Notes under the pieces: model-generated
The model's database searches: none
Seen by the model: only the letters and a program-made list of their open reading frames with translations
What the model was told of the DNA's origin: nothing
Program-made: the position numbers and the translations under genes
NCBI GenBank assembly: GCA_024704765.1
Contig: JAKMXF010000222.1
Coordinates: 620,001 to 684,000, forward strand
From: Oopsacas minuta
Lineage: Eukaryota; Animalia; Porifera
DNA: 64,000 bases
Direction: 5' to 3'
In this document: piece by piece, positions 12,201-24,200 of the stretch
Numbering within the stretch: position 1 is the first letter of the stretch
Layout: each line of letters starts with the position of its first letter

Positions 12201-15200
12201 TTAGTTACTCAGAGGAAACTAAACAAGATAATGATGCAAAGTATGTTATAGCTTACCGTTGGGGGACATTCCTTCTATTGCATTAACACATTGTTCTAAA
12301 AAGTCAGGAATATTCCTCTGTGGCGGAATAACCATCTCAAGGGGTTTACAAAAATAAGTAAAAGATTCTTCTGCCACACTGATTGAACTTTTAGCACAAG
12401 CGCTTTGAGGTTTACTTTTTCTCAAATTCTCTTTTGTTGATCTCCGTACTAACTTCTGTTTAACTTTTTCCGCCTATAAAAAATAATCAGCTCAAACAGG
12501 GAAATCAGATAATTGCGAGAATTAGATATTCGAGAAAATACAATATAAACGATTTGAATTGATATATTATGTTATACATATCAGAGAGACGTAGCAGTCA
12601 GAACCAAATCGATGGATCTGTACTGAACCAACTATCGGTCCTATCAGATTTCATATTTTTCTAGAGCGCAGCCGCATCTCTACAAGTCTGCATTATAGTA
12701 TGCAAGCATTAACACGATTAACAAAGCAAGTACTCAAATCTTAAAGGTATGTTAAGATCCACTGTGCCAAATTACAAACAAATCGCTATACTCTTTCAGG
12801 AAGGTTTAAGTTGTATATAAATTTCATGTTTTGGATCTGAGAATCATATTCTACACGTTGAACTACGTTATCGAAATATATCTTAGAAGAATTGAAATTC
12901 CATTACTAGTAACATCTCTTAGAATCATATATTGAAAACGTGTGAAATTCAGTAATCGTTAAAATTGTGTGTATATTTCTCTTCAAAAACCTGACACACC
13001 AAGTTATATCTTAGAATGTACATTCGTACCAATTTCAAGTTAATCAAATCTAATGTTCGTGTGGCCGAGAGAGCGTTTCACATTCTCTATTATAAATAAT
13101 AAATGAATTATTAATTGTTGTATAGTTCAATTGTATAGATATAAATGCAGAGAGTGGAAAGTTGATGGACAATTCTACTATTGCACCGTAGACATAAAAA
13201 AATAACAAAATCAAATAAATTTGCAACATACGTCAGCATATACTAGATAAAATTTTACATAATTGTATATATGAGGGAATAGCTCGAATCGAAATATTAA
13301 AGGACATGCCCCCATGACGGGTCCGTTTACCAGAAAATTATAAGAAAATGAATATGCAAAGTACGTACTATAGTGAAACATCATTGAAACTTGCGCTACT
13401 ATATCAATTTCACTCTAGCTAATTTTTGTATAAATATAGCAATGATAATTCAAGAAAGAATAAATTCAACAAAAATAATCAAAGATGGCATCAAGATACG
13501 ATTTGATTGATTCAGACTATCTCTCACTAGCTGAGCAGTATCAAAATTTAACGAAGGGAGAAAAAGAACAAGTAAAAAAGCTAAGAAAACGTTACAAAGC
13601 AAAGATGTATCAACGCGAGAAGAGACGTGATTATATGACACAAGTATCTTCGCTAGAAAAAGAAAGGGATCAACTCCAAAGGGAATTAAGCATGCTCAGG
13701 ATGGAAGTGACTGAGTTATGGCAAGAGGAAATAAAACTTTTACAGCGTTTGTGAGAACAAATTGTAATACAAATCACTTCACAGCGTGAAAGGGTCTTCG
13801 AGAGTCAAAGAAACCAACAAATTGAATTCATTAATATTTTTAATCTGTGATATTTTTTAATTTGTAATACTAACAATTGATATTAGAATCTTATATTTTC
13901 ATAAAATAATTGATACACACAATAAATTAACGGGGAATAAAATATAAACTATGTAGCAGCTCTAATTATCTACAAACCGGTTCTCAATCAATTTAACCCT
14001 GTAAAGCTAGAATACCCTTTTAACAAAACCTATATGTTGATTACAATGCTAATTATTAACCTGTGAAGGCCAAGATTATGCAGTTTGGGGGGAAAATATT
14101 CAGATTCAATTATTACATTGATCTTCCCAAATCGTTCAATTTCCAGGAGAGATAATAAACCGTTATAAGCCAAGTGAACTTGCCAATGTTCAACAAAACA
14201 AAGCAAAGCTGTAAATGGCACTGTCGCACATCCCATAGCGATAGCGTTCAAGGTAACTACGACTGGTGAACCAAAAATTACTCCGATTAATCGGGCCGAT
14301 AACTGTATTCCGCTTAAGAGGGTCAAAATGGCCTGCCCTATTAAGCGGAGTCAACCGTAGTTGAGAAAGTTAGAGGTTTTTCATTTTGAGCTTAAATTAC
14401 TAAAGCAAAACCTCTTCTAACCTCTTCAATCATATGCCCGTTGGAAGTCCCTGGTTCTAGACAGTAGGAAGTTTTAAAAACTTGTTAGGACAGAGTGAAT
14501 AATAACTATACCTATATACGTCTCATACTTACCAACCTCTTCTAACTATCTCCATGGATTTCCAATTTAAATGCAAATAATATCATTTTTTCCCTATTCT
14601 GGCTGGCAGAAAAAATCTTGAAAATACCCAATATTTTCCATGGATTTTGTATTATATTCAATACATAATATGTAATTATATCAATACTTAATTTTGAATT
14701 ATTTGAATATTGTTTGCGCAAGTAAATTAGTAATTTGTGCATGTTGCAGTATAAGTATAAATTTTGGTGTATTCGCGAATACACTGGTGTAAGTCCGAAT
14801 TCATTGTAACTAAATACATGTGGTTAGATATTTTTAGTATCAAATACAGTTTATCTACTTATCGCATTGAGTGTTGGCTTCTATTCCCGTTTCATTCAAT
14901 TCTTACATCCATTTTCTTACAATTCATTAAATTATTGGTCTATTATTCATTACCTTCCTCCAATTCTGTGTTAAGCCAAATTAAAGGCTCAAAAGGCTGT
15001 CTAATTATTCGCCAGGTCCCTAATAATTATTAACGTGTTAATTATGTACCTGTAGTTGGGATCTATGGAGGATTAATCCCTCCTCGGGGTTAGTGGAACA
15101 AGCGTGATTGAAGTGCTGAGATAATTGAGGATGTCCGTTATAGGTTTTGTAGTGAAATGACTGTGTCTAAACTCTAAACTACCTACAGTAGAACTAGGAT

Positions 15201-18200
15201 AAGACTTACCCCAGCGGGGGTCATGGACCCTTTGGAGGTTCACAGACGATAGCAGGGGGTCCACGGGTGAAAGAGGTTGAGAACCGCTGACAGGCTGACT
15301 TACCCTTTCTAGAAACAATTATTACGTAGGTAGTTGAGACAATGTGAAAGATGTTCAAATAAATGCTTCCATCATCCCCCGTAGATCCCAACTACAGGTA
15401 CATAATTAGCACGTTACTAATCATTAGGGGCCTGGTGAATAATTAGAGAGCCTTTTGGCCCTCTAATTGGGCTTAACACAGCATTGGAGGAAAGTAGCAA
15501 ATAATAGACCAATAATTTAATGAATGGTAAGAAAATGGATAGTAAGAATTGAATGAGACGAGAATATAAACTTTCAATGCGAAAAGCAGATTTGATACTA
15601 AAAATATCCAACGACATATGTTAAGTTACAATGAATTCGGACTTACACCAGTGTATTCTCGGATTAACCAAATTTGTACTTGCACTGCAAGTCTACAAAA
15701 TGCATATACCCCAACTCCAGACTATTTCTGAATGAAGTTGAATAATGATTTCTTAGATTAGGCCACTTTTAATAAGAAATTGTTTCAGCTCCACATGAGA
15801 TCCATCTGAGCATGTATGCGGGCGGGCAGTTCATAATCATTATCTCAATATTTTGTCACGAATCAGCAGAAAAATTTGTACAAAAGTAAAAAAGAGTTTA
15901 GTGATCAAAATCACTAGAGTCAAATTTGATATAAGAATATGCTCTACAAGAAAAGAGTTTCATTTCTACTATTATTTAGTTTACGTATACACTCTGGTGC
16001 TGAAATACACTGAGCAAATGGTGAAACATTAACAATATCCGCGAGTTTCCCAAATCAGTTGCGGGCGGTGGAGCTGAAACATGATTCCAACTAGTACTGT
16101 CCTTAAAACGAGATATTATAATATTCAACATATAAGATAACCTCGAAATATTCGAGAATCTAATTACTATCATATTCTAGACATTATCTCGGTTATTGGA
16201 GCCAGGTTAATGAAATAGAATTTTAGGATATACGTGACTAGGAACGTAAGTTAGTCGTGTCTATAACTATCTTAAAGATGTTCTGATAGACGTCCTCCCG
16301 GGCGCCCGACCCCTTGCCCCCTCCTCTCGGTACGCATCTATAACGACTTTGCTTTCTAATTAATTTGTATGCCATTATTTTTCAATGCGCATAATGAAAT
16401 CGCAATGATTATTATCATGAGTGATAAGTAAATACATGGAAAATTCGTGAAATTTCCCTTGGGTCATGAATCATCATGGGTCACAGATGTGGCCCCATGA
16501 CCCATTTGACTCATCAATTTAAGTGACCCATCTGTCCCATGACCCATGAACCAAGATCCCATTAACCAAGAGGACGATAATCCGCGACTGTGGATTACCC
16601 TAGCATACTGGTGTGGTCTTTGCCAAGGCAGCGCAGCCCAATTTAACAGAAACATTCTAATTTGGTATATACTGCTCTTGAAGGTTACTCACTGTAATAT
16701 CAATTCTAGTGTGTCAACAAGAAGCTATGCCCTGGACGACTCTGATTCCATATAGTGCCCAATATACCCTCAGCTGGATGGTTATCCCCCACCAGAAATT
16801 CCTGGATCAGCCACTGCATACGCTCCTTGTAATTTTCTTATGGGAGCGGCGTTTTTCACAGGTGCCTCGTTACGCCACTGAATTGTAATACTTAGAATCG
16901 CTGTTTGGTTTATCAGAACATGTTAAAAAGCAATCTCATCAATGTAATATCATTTGGTGAGTTTTCACCTGGTAATTCGGAGAAAATTTAACTTCTATGG
17001 CATGACTTTACGGACAAATCAATTTCTACTAACGAGTATGATATAGCATAGCATTCTATAAGGCAATGGCGCGGTTAATAATTATTGGACTAAGAATAGG
17101 ATAGGTAATTAATATATTGGACCCCTGTCGCTGATACACGTATTAACCCCTATGCATAGCGTTCATGTTAACGCAGCCAGATATTCTAAGCGCGTCATTT
17201 AGTGGGGAAAACGTGTTAAATGACCCGCTTTGGGGAAACACTGAGGGTATACCCTCCTGATTAGTATCTTAGCATTGAGGCTATTTGTTTTTATATATAA
17301 GTAATACTAATTGTTTTTGAAAATGGTTGTATGATATTAGTTAATTATTGTAAATTTTTCCTTTCGAATAAAATCTACAATTACAACCAATAATAAACCC
17401 TGGTTTGGCCTCGTAATTAGGTTACTATCATGATGATGTCACCTCCAGGGTTTCATCCAGATTTTCTGAACCATACGCCTAAAATCTTCGCCTTCATATT
17501 TACGCGCGCCTAGAGTATACATTTAGTATTACGGTATTGGGTCTTCCGCTAATTTTGGCGCGCCTCGGTCTATTTTTGCTGAAATTTATGCGCCTGTAGC
17601 CGCGTCGCATACGCCTGGATGAAACCCTGGTCACTTCCCATATCAAGAAGTGTATATAACTCAGTGGTAGTTTAGTGGGCGCCAATACAGATCATGAAAG
17701 ATCATTCTGCAAAGGGTGAATCAGCTATTGGTACCAGAACTGGTTCGGGCGTACCATTTATACCGACCACAACTGGTCCGGTGGTACTGCCGAGATTATA
17801 CCCCGTCCTCAAATATATTCGGTATGAAGTGGGCAAGACGAGAACTTAACCTCAGGGCAGTACAACCTGGGTTTTGCCCAGAATATACCCGGGCATACTC
17901 TGGGGCTACTACAGCGGGCCGGACCAATTATGACAAGGGTGGACCAGTTGTAGTCGGCCAAAACTGCCCTAGGCCAGTTAAAGCGTGACAGCCCCCTTAA
18001 ATGGAGAGACTTCCCATTTTTTCTATTTTAGTAGTCTATATGGGGGGGCCCCTTGTAAAATTGGGACCCCTCCAAATGAAAAGTTAAATTTCCACTTAGG
18101 AGGCCGACAATTTAAGGAGCCCCCCACAACTGACCCTACAGGTTTAGTCAAGTTTTATTCACATCGTTTACTCTATTGAAAAACACGTAATCAGAAGGGT

Positions 18201-18234
18201 TTTAATCCTCTATTATTATAGTACAAACAAGGAT

Positions 18235-18284
<50 letters not shown>

Positions 18285-21200
18285 GACGCCACCTAGATTA
18301 ATACAAATGGGGAGTACCCCTCCAAATTTAGACATTTACACTTGATAAATTAGAGAAATTAGAGGGGGCCCTCAAGTATAAATCTAACTTTTCATTTGGA
18401 GGGGCCTCATAGAATAGAAATAATTTTGGGTAATTCTCGAATTTCGGGGAGCCTCCCCAACTGAATCCCTACAAGGCATACCCCTTGGCTCAAATTGAAA
18501 ACTGTAAAATTTTGGCTCGCTTCGAACGCATCGTACTCTCATACATCATGCAATCTCACCCATATATCAGCGGGGATATCCCAATAAATATTCACCCAGT
18601 TTCCTACACTATTACTCCAAGGGACCAGAAAAATCACAACTTTCTGCCCAATTTCCACCAAACGTTCTTCTTGAGATGGGTTTCGCTCCTGGACCCGACT
18701 GATTGTTTACAGGGCCCATAGACCCTCATCTAGACCTTGAGGCTCACCAAATTGAACTTGTACTCCCCAGTTTTCAAGGATACAAGACGCCGCTGCCCAG
18801 TTGGATGGTTATACCCAACTAGAAATTTATAGATCCGCCACTTGCCATGCCTCTTGCTAACGCGAGAAAACACCTTGCCCCTTGTAATTTCTTTACCCCC
18901 TAAGTAAAAAATCCTGGCGACGTCCCTGGGCACTAGAGGGTCCTCAATTAAAAGATCAGATCCCGATCCTAAATCCCAAATGATCTATGATCCATTTTTG
19001 AAATACAGTTGAATATTTTGAATACTATAGACGTTTCGACTATAATTCATGATATGATTTTCTATTTATTAATACATACATGGGAGTGCTACCATCTAAA
19101 TTTAAGTTATTCTATGTGTAGGCGTTTGAGCCACTCTTCTATACTTAATTATTGGTAGCATTAAGTAACAACTTTGATTCTACATACTGTCGAAACCAGT
19201 ATTTACTAATAGCTATTTGCAGGAAAATGAAGTAAGAAAAAGGATGCGAATATATGTAAATCCATAGCTATGTTAAACCCCAAATTATTTACAACCTGAG
19301 AAATAAAGTTAAACAACTGATAAGTAGGAAAAGCAGGTTTCGACTGTACATTATTATTCTAATCTTCCTTTTGGATTGTGGATCATTAAACTAATTAATA
19401 GAAATATTGAATTGAGAGTTTAGAGTTAGTAACAACTTGTACTCGTTAGGCAGGCTTAATCAAGAATATAGCACTATTCTTGTAGATATTTGGAAGGATT
19501 GTTATATTTTCAGAAAATTATCGGTCTGATCCCGATCACGAACCCACTTTTTCAAATGGATCAACGATCCTCTTCTGATTCTCAAAAAGGATCTCGGTCC
19601 GGTGTCAGAGGGTCAGCTATCCCTCGGACTTGTTGCACTAGGGTCAGTAGCCCTCGGGTTCGAGTTGGATGGAGAGTATACCAGTATCCCTACCTAGAAA
19701 TACAAGTGATATTTCATTATACAGTTGAGGAAACGTTACGTAAAGCAATATTTCTTATATTAGACACCCCCTATTTGTGTCACACATTTTGATCATTTTG
19801 TAATACAAGAAGGATAGGGTTGTACCACTTTGCCTATCAACCCCTCCCCTTGAAGCGTTACATAACCTTTGAACAGCTCCTTGAAACTGGTTCATTTGAA
19901 ATAGGTTTTACTAGTACTATAGAAAGGCATTTTAGAAGTAGTACGATTATTTATCATTAGAATATAACATAATACTAGCGACAATGATGTCATAATTTCG
20001 TCATAGGTGTGAATTTTCGTCCAAGACTCGAAATGTCTGAGCCAGGCCTAAGATACCCCCTGTATGCCAATAATCAGGGCTGGGGGTCCTCCAGTTTCTT
20101 CAATCAATTCTGGGCATAAAATCATATATACACTCCCTGGTCAAAAGTATTGGAACACTCTGCCACAATTGATACATGGCACAAATATGCATTTACTTTA
20201 GTTGCATTGTCTGAAGATAGTTTCAAACATCTGTGAACTCAATTCTATCATTAATTTTATCATTACAATCGCCTTTTTTGATATATCCACATACTATTCA
20301 ATACGTATATTCTCGCAATATGCCATATGCCACATGTGCCATTAGTGGTATGGTGTTCCAATACTTTTGGCCAGGGAGTGTATATATATATATACACAAA
20401 TATATACAGATTAATTGCATTTTAATAGTATAGATCAGGTTATTTGGGGGTAACTCCAACTGCTACAGAGACGCCTGGCACTAGTGCTAGAAGTCCTGGT
20501 GGGTACATCTGACCCAAAGGGGGGACTATTGACTCTACTGTCACAAGTCCGGGGGACAGATGGCACAACAATACCGGATTATACAATCTTTTATCGAAAG
20601 ATCATAATGTCCTACATACATGCCAACATTCGTGCGTTACGTCAATCCCTGGGCACCAGAAATTTGTTTGTCGCTCCCTACTCTCGCTCGTGTAAGTAAT
20701 CCCCTTACCTAAAAGATAAAGATTAACAACTGACTCATCCAACAAAACCACCTTGAGACTGACAGACTTGTGGATTTCAATTGTTGCTACTAAAATTATA
20801 TTTGATATTATTTGAAAAAGGCATCAAACCCACAAACAGTAGTTAAATAATTAATAATATCTGATATTTTCGTTGGGGTGCTCTTGGATGGCAGAACACC
20901 GGGCCCCAGCACTCAGGAAGCTCCTGAGCCCCCTCTTTGCTCTGGGTCCTAATTCGGTTACGCTACTGGGGGGGGGCATTATTATAGTCCGCTCGGGAGG
21001 CATTATTATAGTCCGCTTGGGAGGCATTTTGTCGCAGTACGCCACTGTAAATGATAATATATGGATTAGGTCACGAAAATATTACGTGATAAACAAGTTA
21101 AATTTAAAGTGGTTGAATATTCCAAATCTTGGCACCTTCTTAACCGTGCAATATTTATCTTGAAATTGTATTACAACGGGGGTCCCAAAAGTTCCCGACC

Positions 21201-24200
21201 CTGGTCATAGAATTAGAAGATATAGGATATTGTATTATGTATCTGTATTCATAACGACCCTTATTCTATTATCTATCCAGAACTACTTTAACTTTCACCA
21301 TATCGTCAATAATTTTCTGGTTACGATTATTTAAAATTTCTCAGTTTTAACTATCCTTGTATTTTCCAGTATTTATGGCTTCAAATTTGAAATTGGAGCA
21401 AAGATTCTATATCAAAATTCGATGCTTCTTGGTATTGGCCCGAAGGATATTCTAATTGACTTGGAAGTCGTTTACGGAGATGCTAGTCTTTCAGATACTA
21501 CTGTGAAGGAGTGGGCCAAGCGGTTTTGTGAAGGACGAGAGTTACTGGAAGATGAGGAACGAATCGGGCGTCCCAGATCCGCCATCACTAGCAGTAACAC
21601 CTCTGAAATTCGCTGGAGAGTGGAAGAAGATCCTAATATCACTGTTGAGGAGTTAGTTGTGAGTGTAGGGATCTCAACGGGAGCTGTTCCTTCCATACAT
21701 ATCAATGAGCTAAAAATTAGCAAAATTTGTTCGAAGTGGATCCCACATTCCCTTACAAAGGTCCAATAGGACCGTCGGGTAACTTGTGCAAGAAAAATGC
21801 TCTCCGAGTATAAAGACTCGGATCCAAGAAGGCTGGCAGAAATCATTACTGGTGACGAGACTTGGATAAGATACGACGAGCCACTACCAAAGAAAGAAAT
21901 AAGGTATGGGTCGTAAAAGGTGAGGCGCCTCCTCTCAATCCTGGGCCGGACTTCAGAGATCAGAAGGTCCTGTGCTCAATTTCCTTGATACACATGGCCC
22001 AGTTTCCCAGATAATAATACCAAAGGGGAAGACAATTACCGGGGACTTTTATGCCAACAGTTGCCTCTCAGAAGTAGAAAAACATTACTGGGAGCGGAGG
22101 CCAATGTCTAGACGGCGGGGCATGCAATTATTGCACGGTAATGCACGGTCGCATAAAACTAAGCTCGTAAAGTCAGAGTTGGATAGAATGAGAGTTGTCG
22201 AGCTGGATCACCTACCCTACTCACTTGATCTCGCTCCTTGTGAGTTCTGGCTCTTTGCAAATTTGAAAAAGGACTTTACAGGCAGGCATTTTGACACCAG
22301 AATGACCTAGGGAACGCAATTTGGAGATCCCTAAAAGACGTACCGCCCGAAGACTATAAAAATGTATTTTTTAAATGGCTAGATCGTCTAAACGAGTTAT
22401 AGACGTTAATAGTGATTATTTCGAGAAATATAACAATTGTACATGTATATTCTGTATAGTTACAAAAATATGGGGTAGGGTAGGGAACTTTTTGAACGCC
22501 CGTTGTAATATCGTTCAGTAAAAGACACATATGACATTTAATAATACGACCGCGCTCCTTTGCTCGCGCTACGCGGTTGCGAACACTTTGTTTCCCCACT
22601 CGGGCTACGGCCCTCGAGTATATAAACTCATAATCTTAACCGTAGCAAACATGATACTGCCATAATCTATAAATCTGCTTACTTTATGTCCCCAAAAGTG
22701 AATAAATATTCACAGTATATTGTTTACAATATCATATTTGGGCTCAGCATATTAGATTACCCCAGTATAGTCGTTGAAAGTATGATTCTACCACAATTTT
22801 GAAATTTGTTTACTTTATATTCATAAAACAACAATAAATTTACAAATGCAAAATTCGGATTAAGCGTACTTAGTTACCCCTGGGTAACCGTTTAAACCAA
22901 ACGAATTTACATACGATTACTCCAAAAGTGTGAAAATTGGATTCAGCATGTTCAATAAATTTAGTGAAGTCTTATTGAATTATACTTACTTCCTTGATAA
23001 ATACGATAATAATCAAACAACAATTGAGATTTAATAATATAGATTTATAAATTGGGATGTCAGGATCTTCGACAATCCAACTGAGAAATTCGAAGCAATC
23101 CAATTGAATGAAATTGTAGCAATCGGCAATCGAAAAATTGTTTCATGGATTGAATTGACAACCCTGATTTTAAGACGAGGGAAATGTGCAAAAAGCGAAA
23201 ACCTGGCTAATACAAATATTGTACATCAGGGGAGCAAATAAAAAGTGGTCAGGCAAAATTGGTCATGTTGCCTGATCGGTCCGAAGGGTTCCACCGGACT
23301 CCAATGCATATCTAGCCAAAGAACAAGATCGGCTAAAATACAGCATTTAAAAACCAGAGTGAACAATATCACAGAATTGTTATGTGTAATGTTTGTCGGG
23401 TTCCTGGATCCGCCGCAACACCAGACAGGAATATTTATAGGATTCGTTTACAACATTGTTGGTTAGATAATATATACATACTGATACACTATGATAAGTT
23501 AAACTAATTGTGTAGGTAGTTTAATGTAATAGTACTCTCAATGATAATCAAATCAAAGTTGGTCATTAAATGGAATTTACTTAATTGAAAAGTTGGTATA
23601 TGCTTTTGGAGAGGATTATATATTTCTGAGCATTATATCACTGATGAAATATAGCATTGCCGTCCTATGATTTAACAGTTAAGCAAAATTCATATAAAGA
23701 AATATTTTAACACCAGATATCAAAACCAAAATATAGTTATTAATCTATAAGAACCTAATGAACACTGAAAAATAGACACGGAAGCAAAATCTCAGTGATT
23801 TAACTATAAATGACTCTTGGGAGTTATTAAAGTAGGATACATAGAAAGATATGGATTGCAGTTATCTTACATATGAAGAGTTAGTTGAGTGCCAAGACAT
23901 AGATTTAGACAGACTACCCTATTTAAATAGGAAAGAGAAAAAGTACATTCGAAAAGAGAGAAGAAATCTAAGAGCAAAGAGATATCAACGTGAGAGAAGA
24001 CAAGATTACCTCCAAGACATAAACAATTTAGAGTTAGAAAAGGCTCGCCTAGAATTAGAGTTAGCATTTATCGTAAAAGAGAGAGATGAGCTTTGGAATA
24101 AAGAACTCAAACTATTAAAAAGTCTTTGAAAATAATATTGCAATTTGTATGCATTAATAACTTACTTCCATAATTAATGAGAAACTAGTGCGGTTCTCTT

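Noticed and set aside
14764-15617. Two similar ORFs at 14764+ and 15617-
   Set aside because: The similarity comes from the inverted arms, and the frames are not conserved between them.
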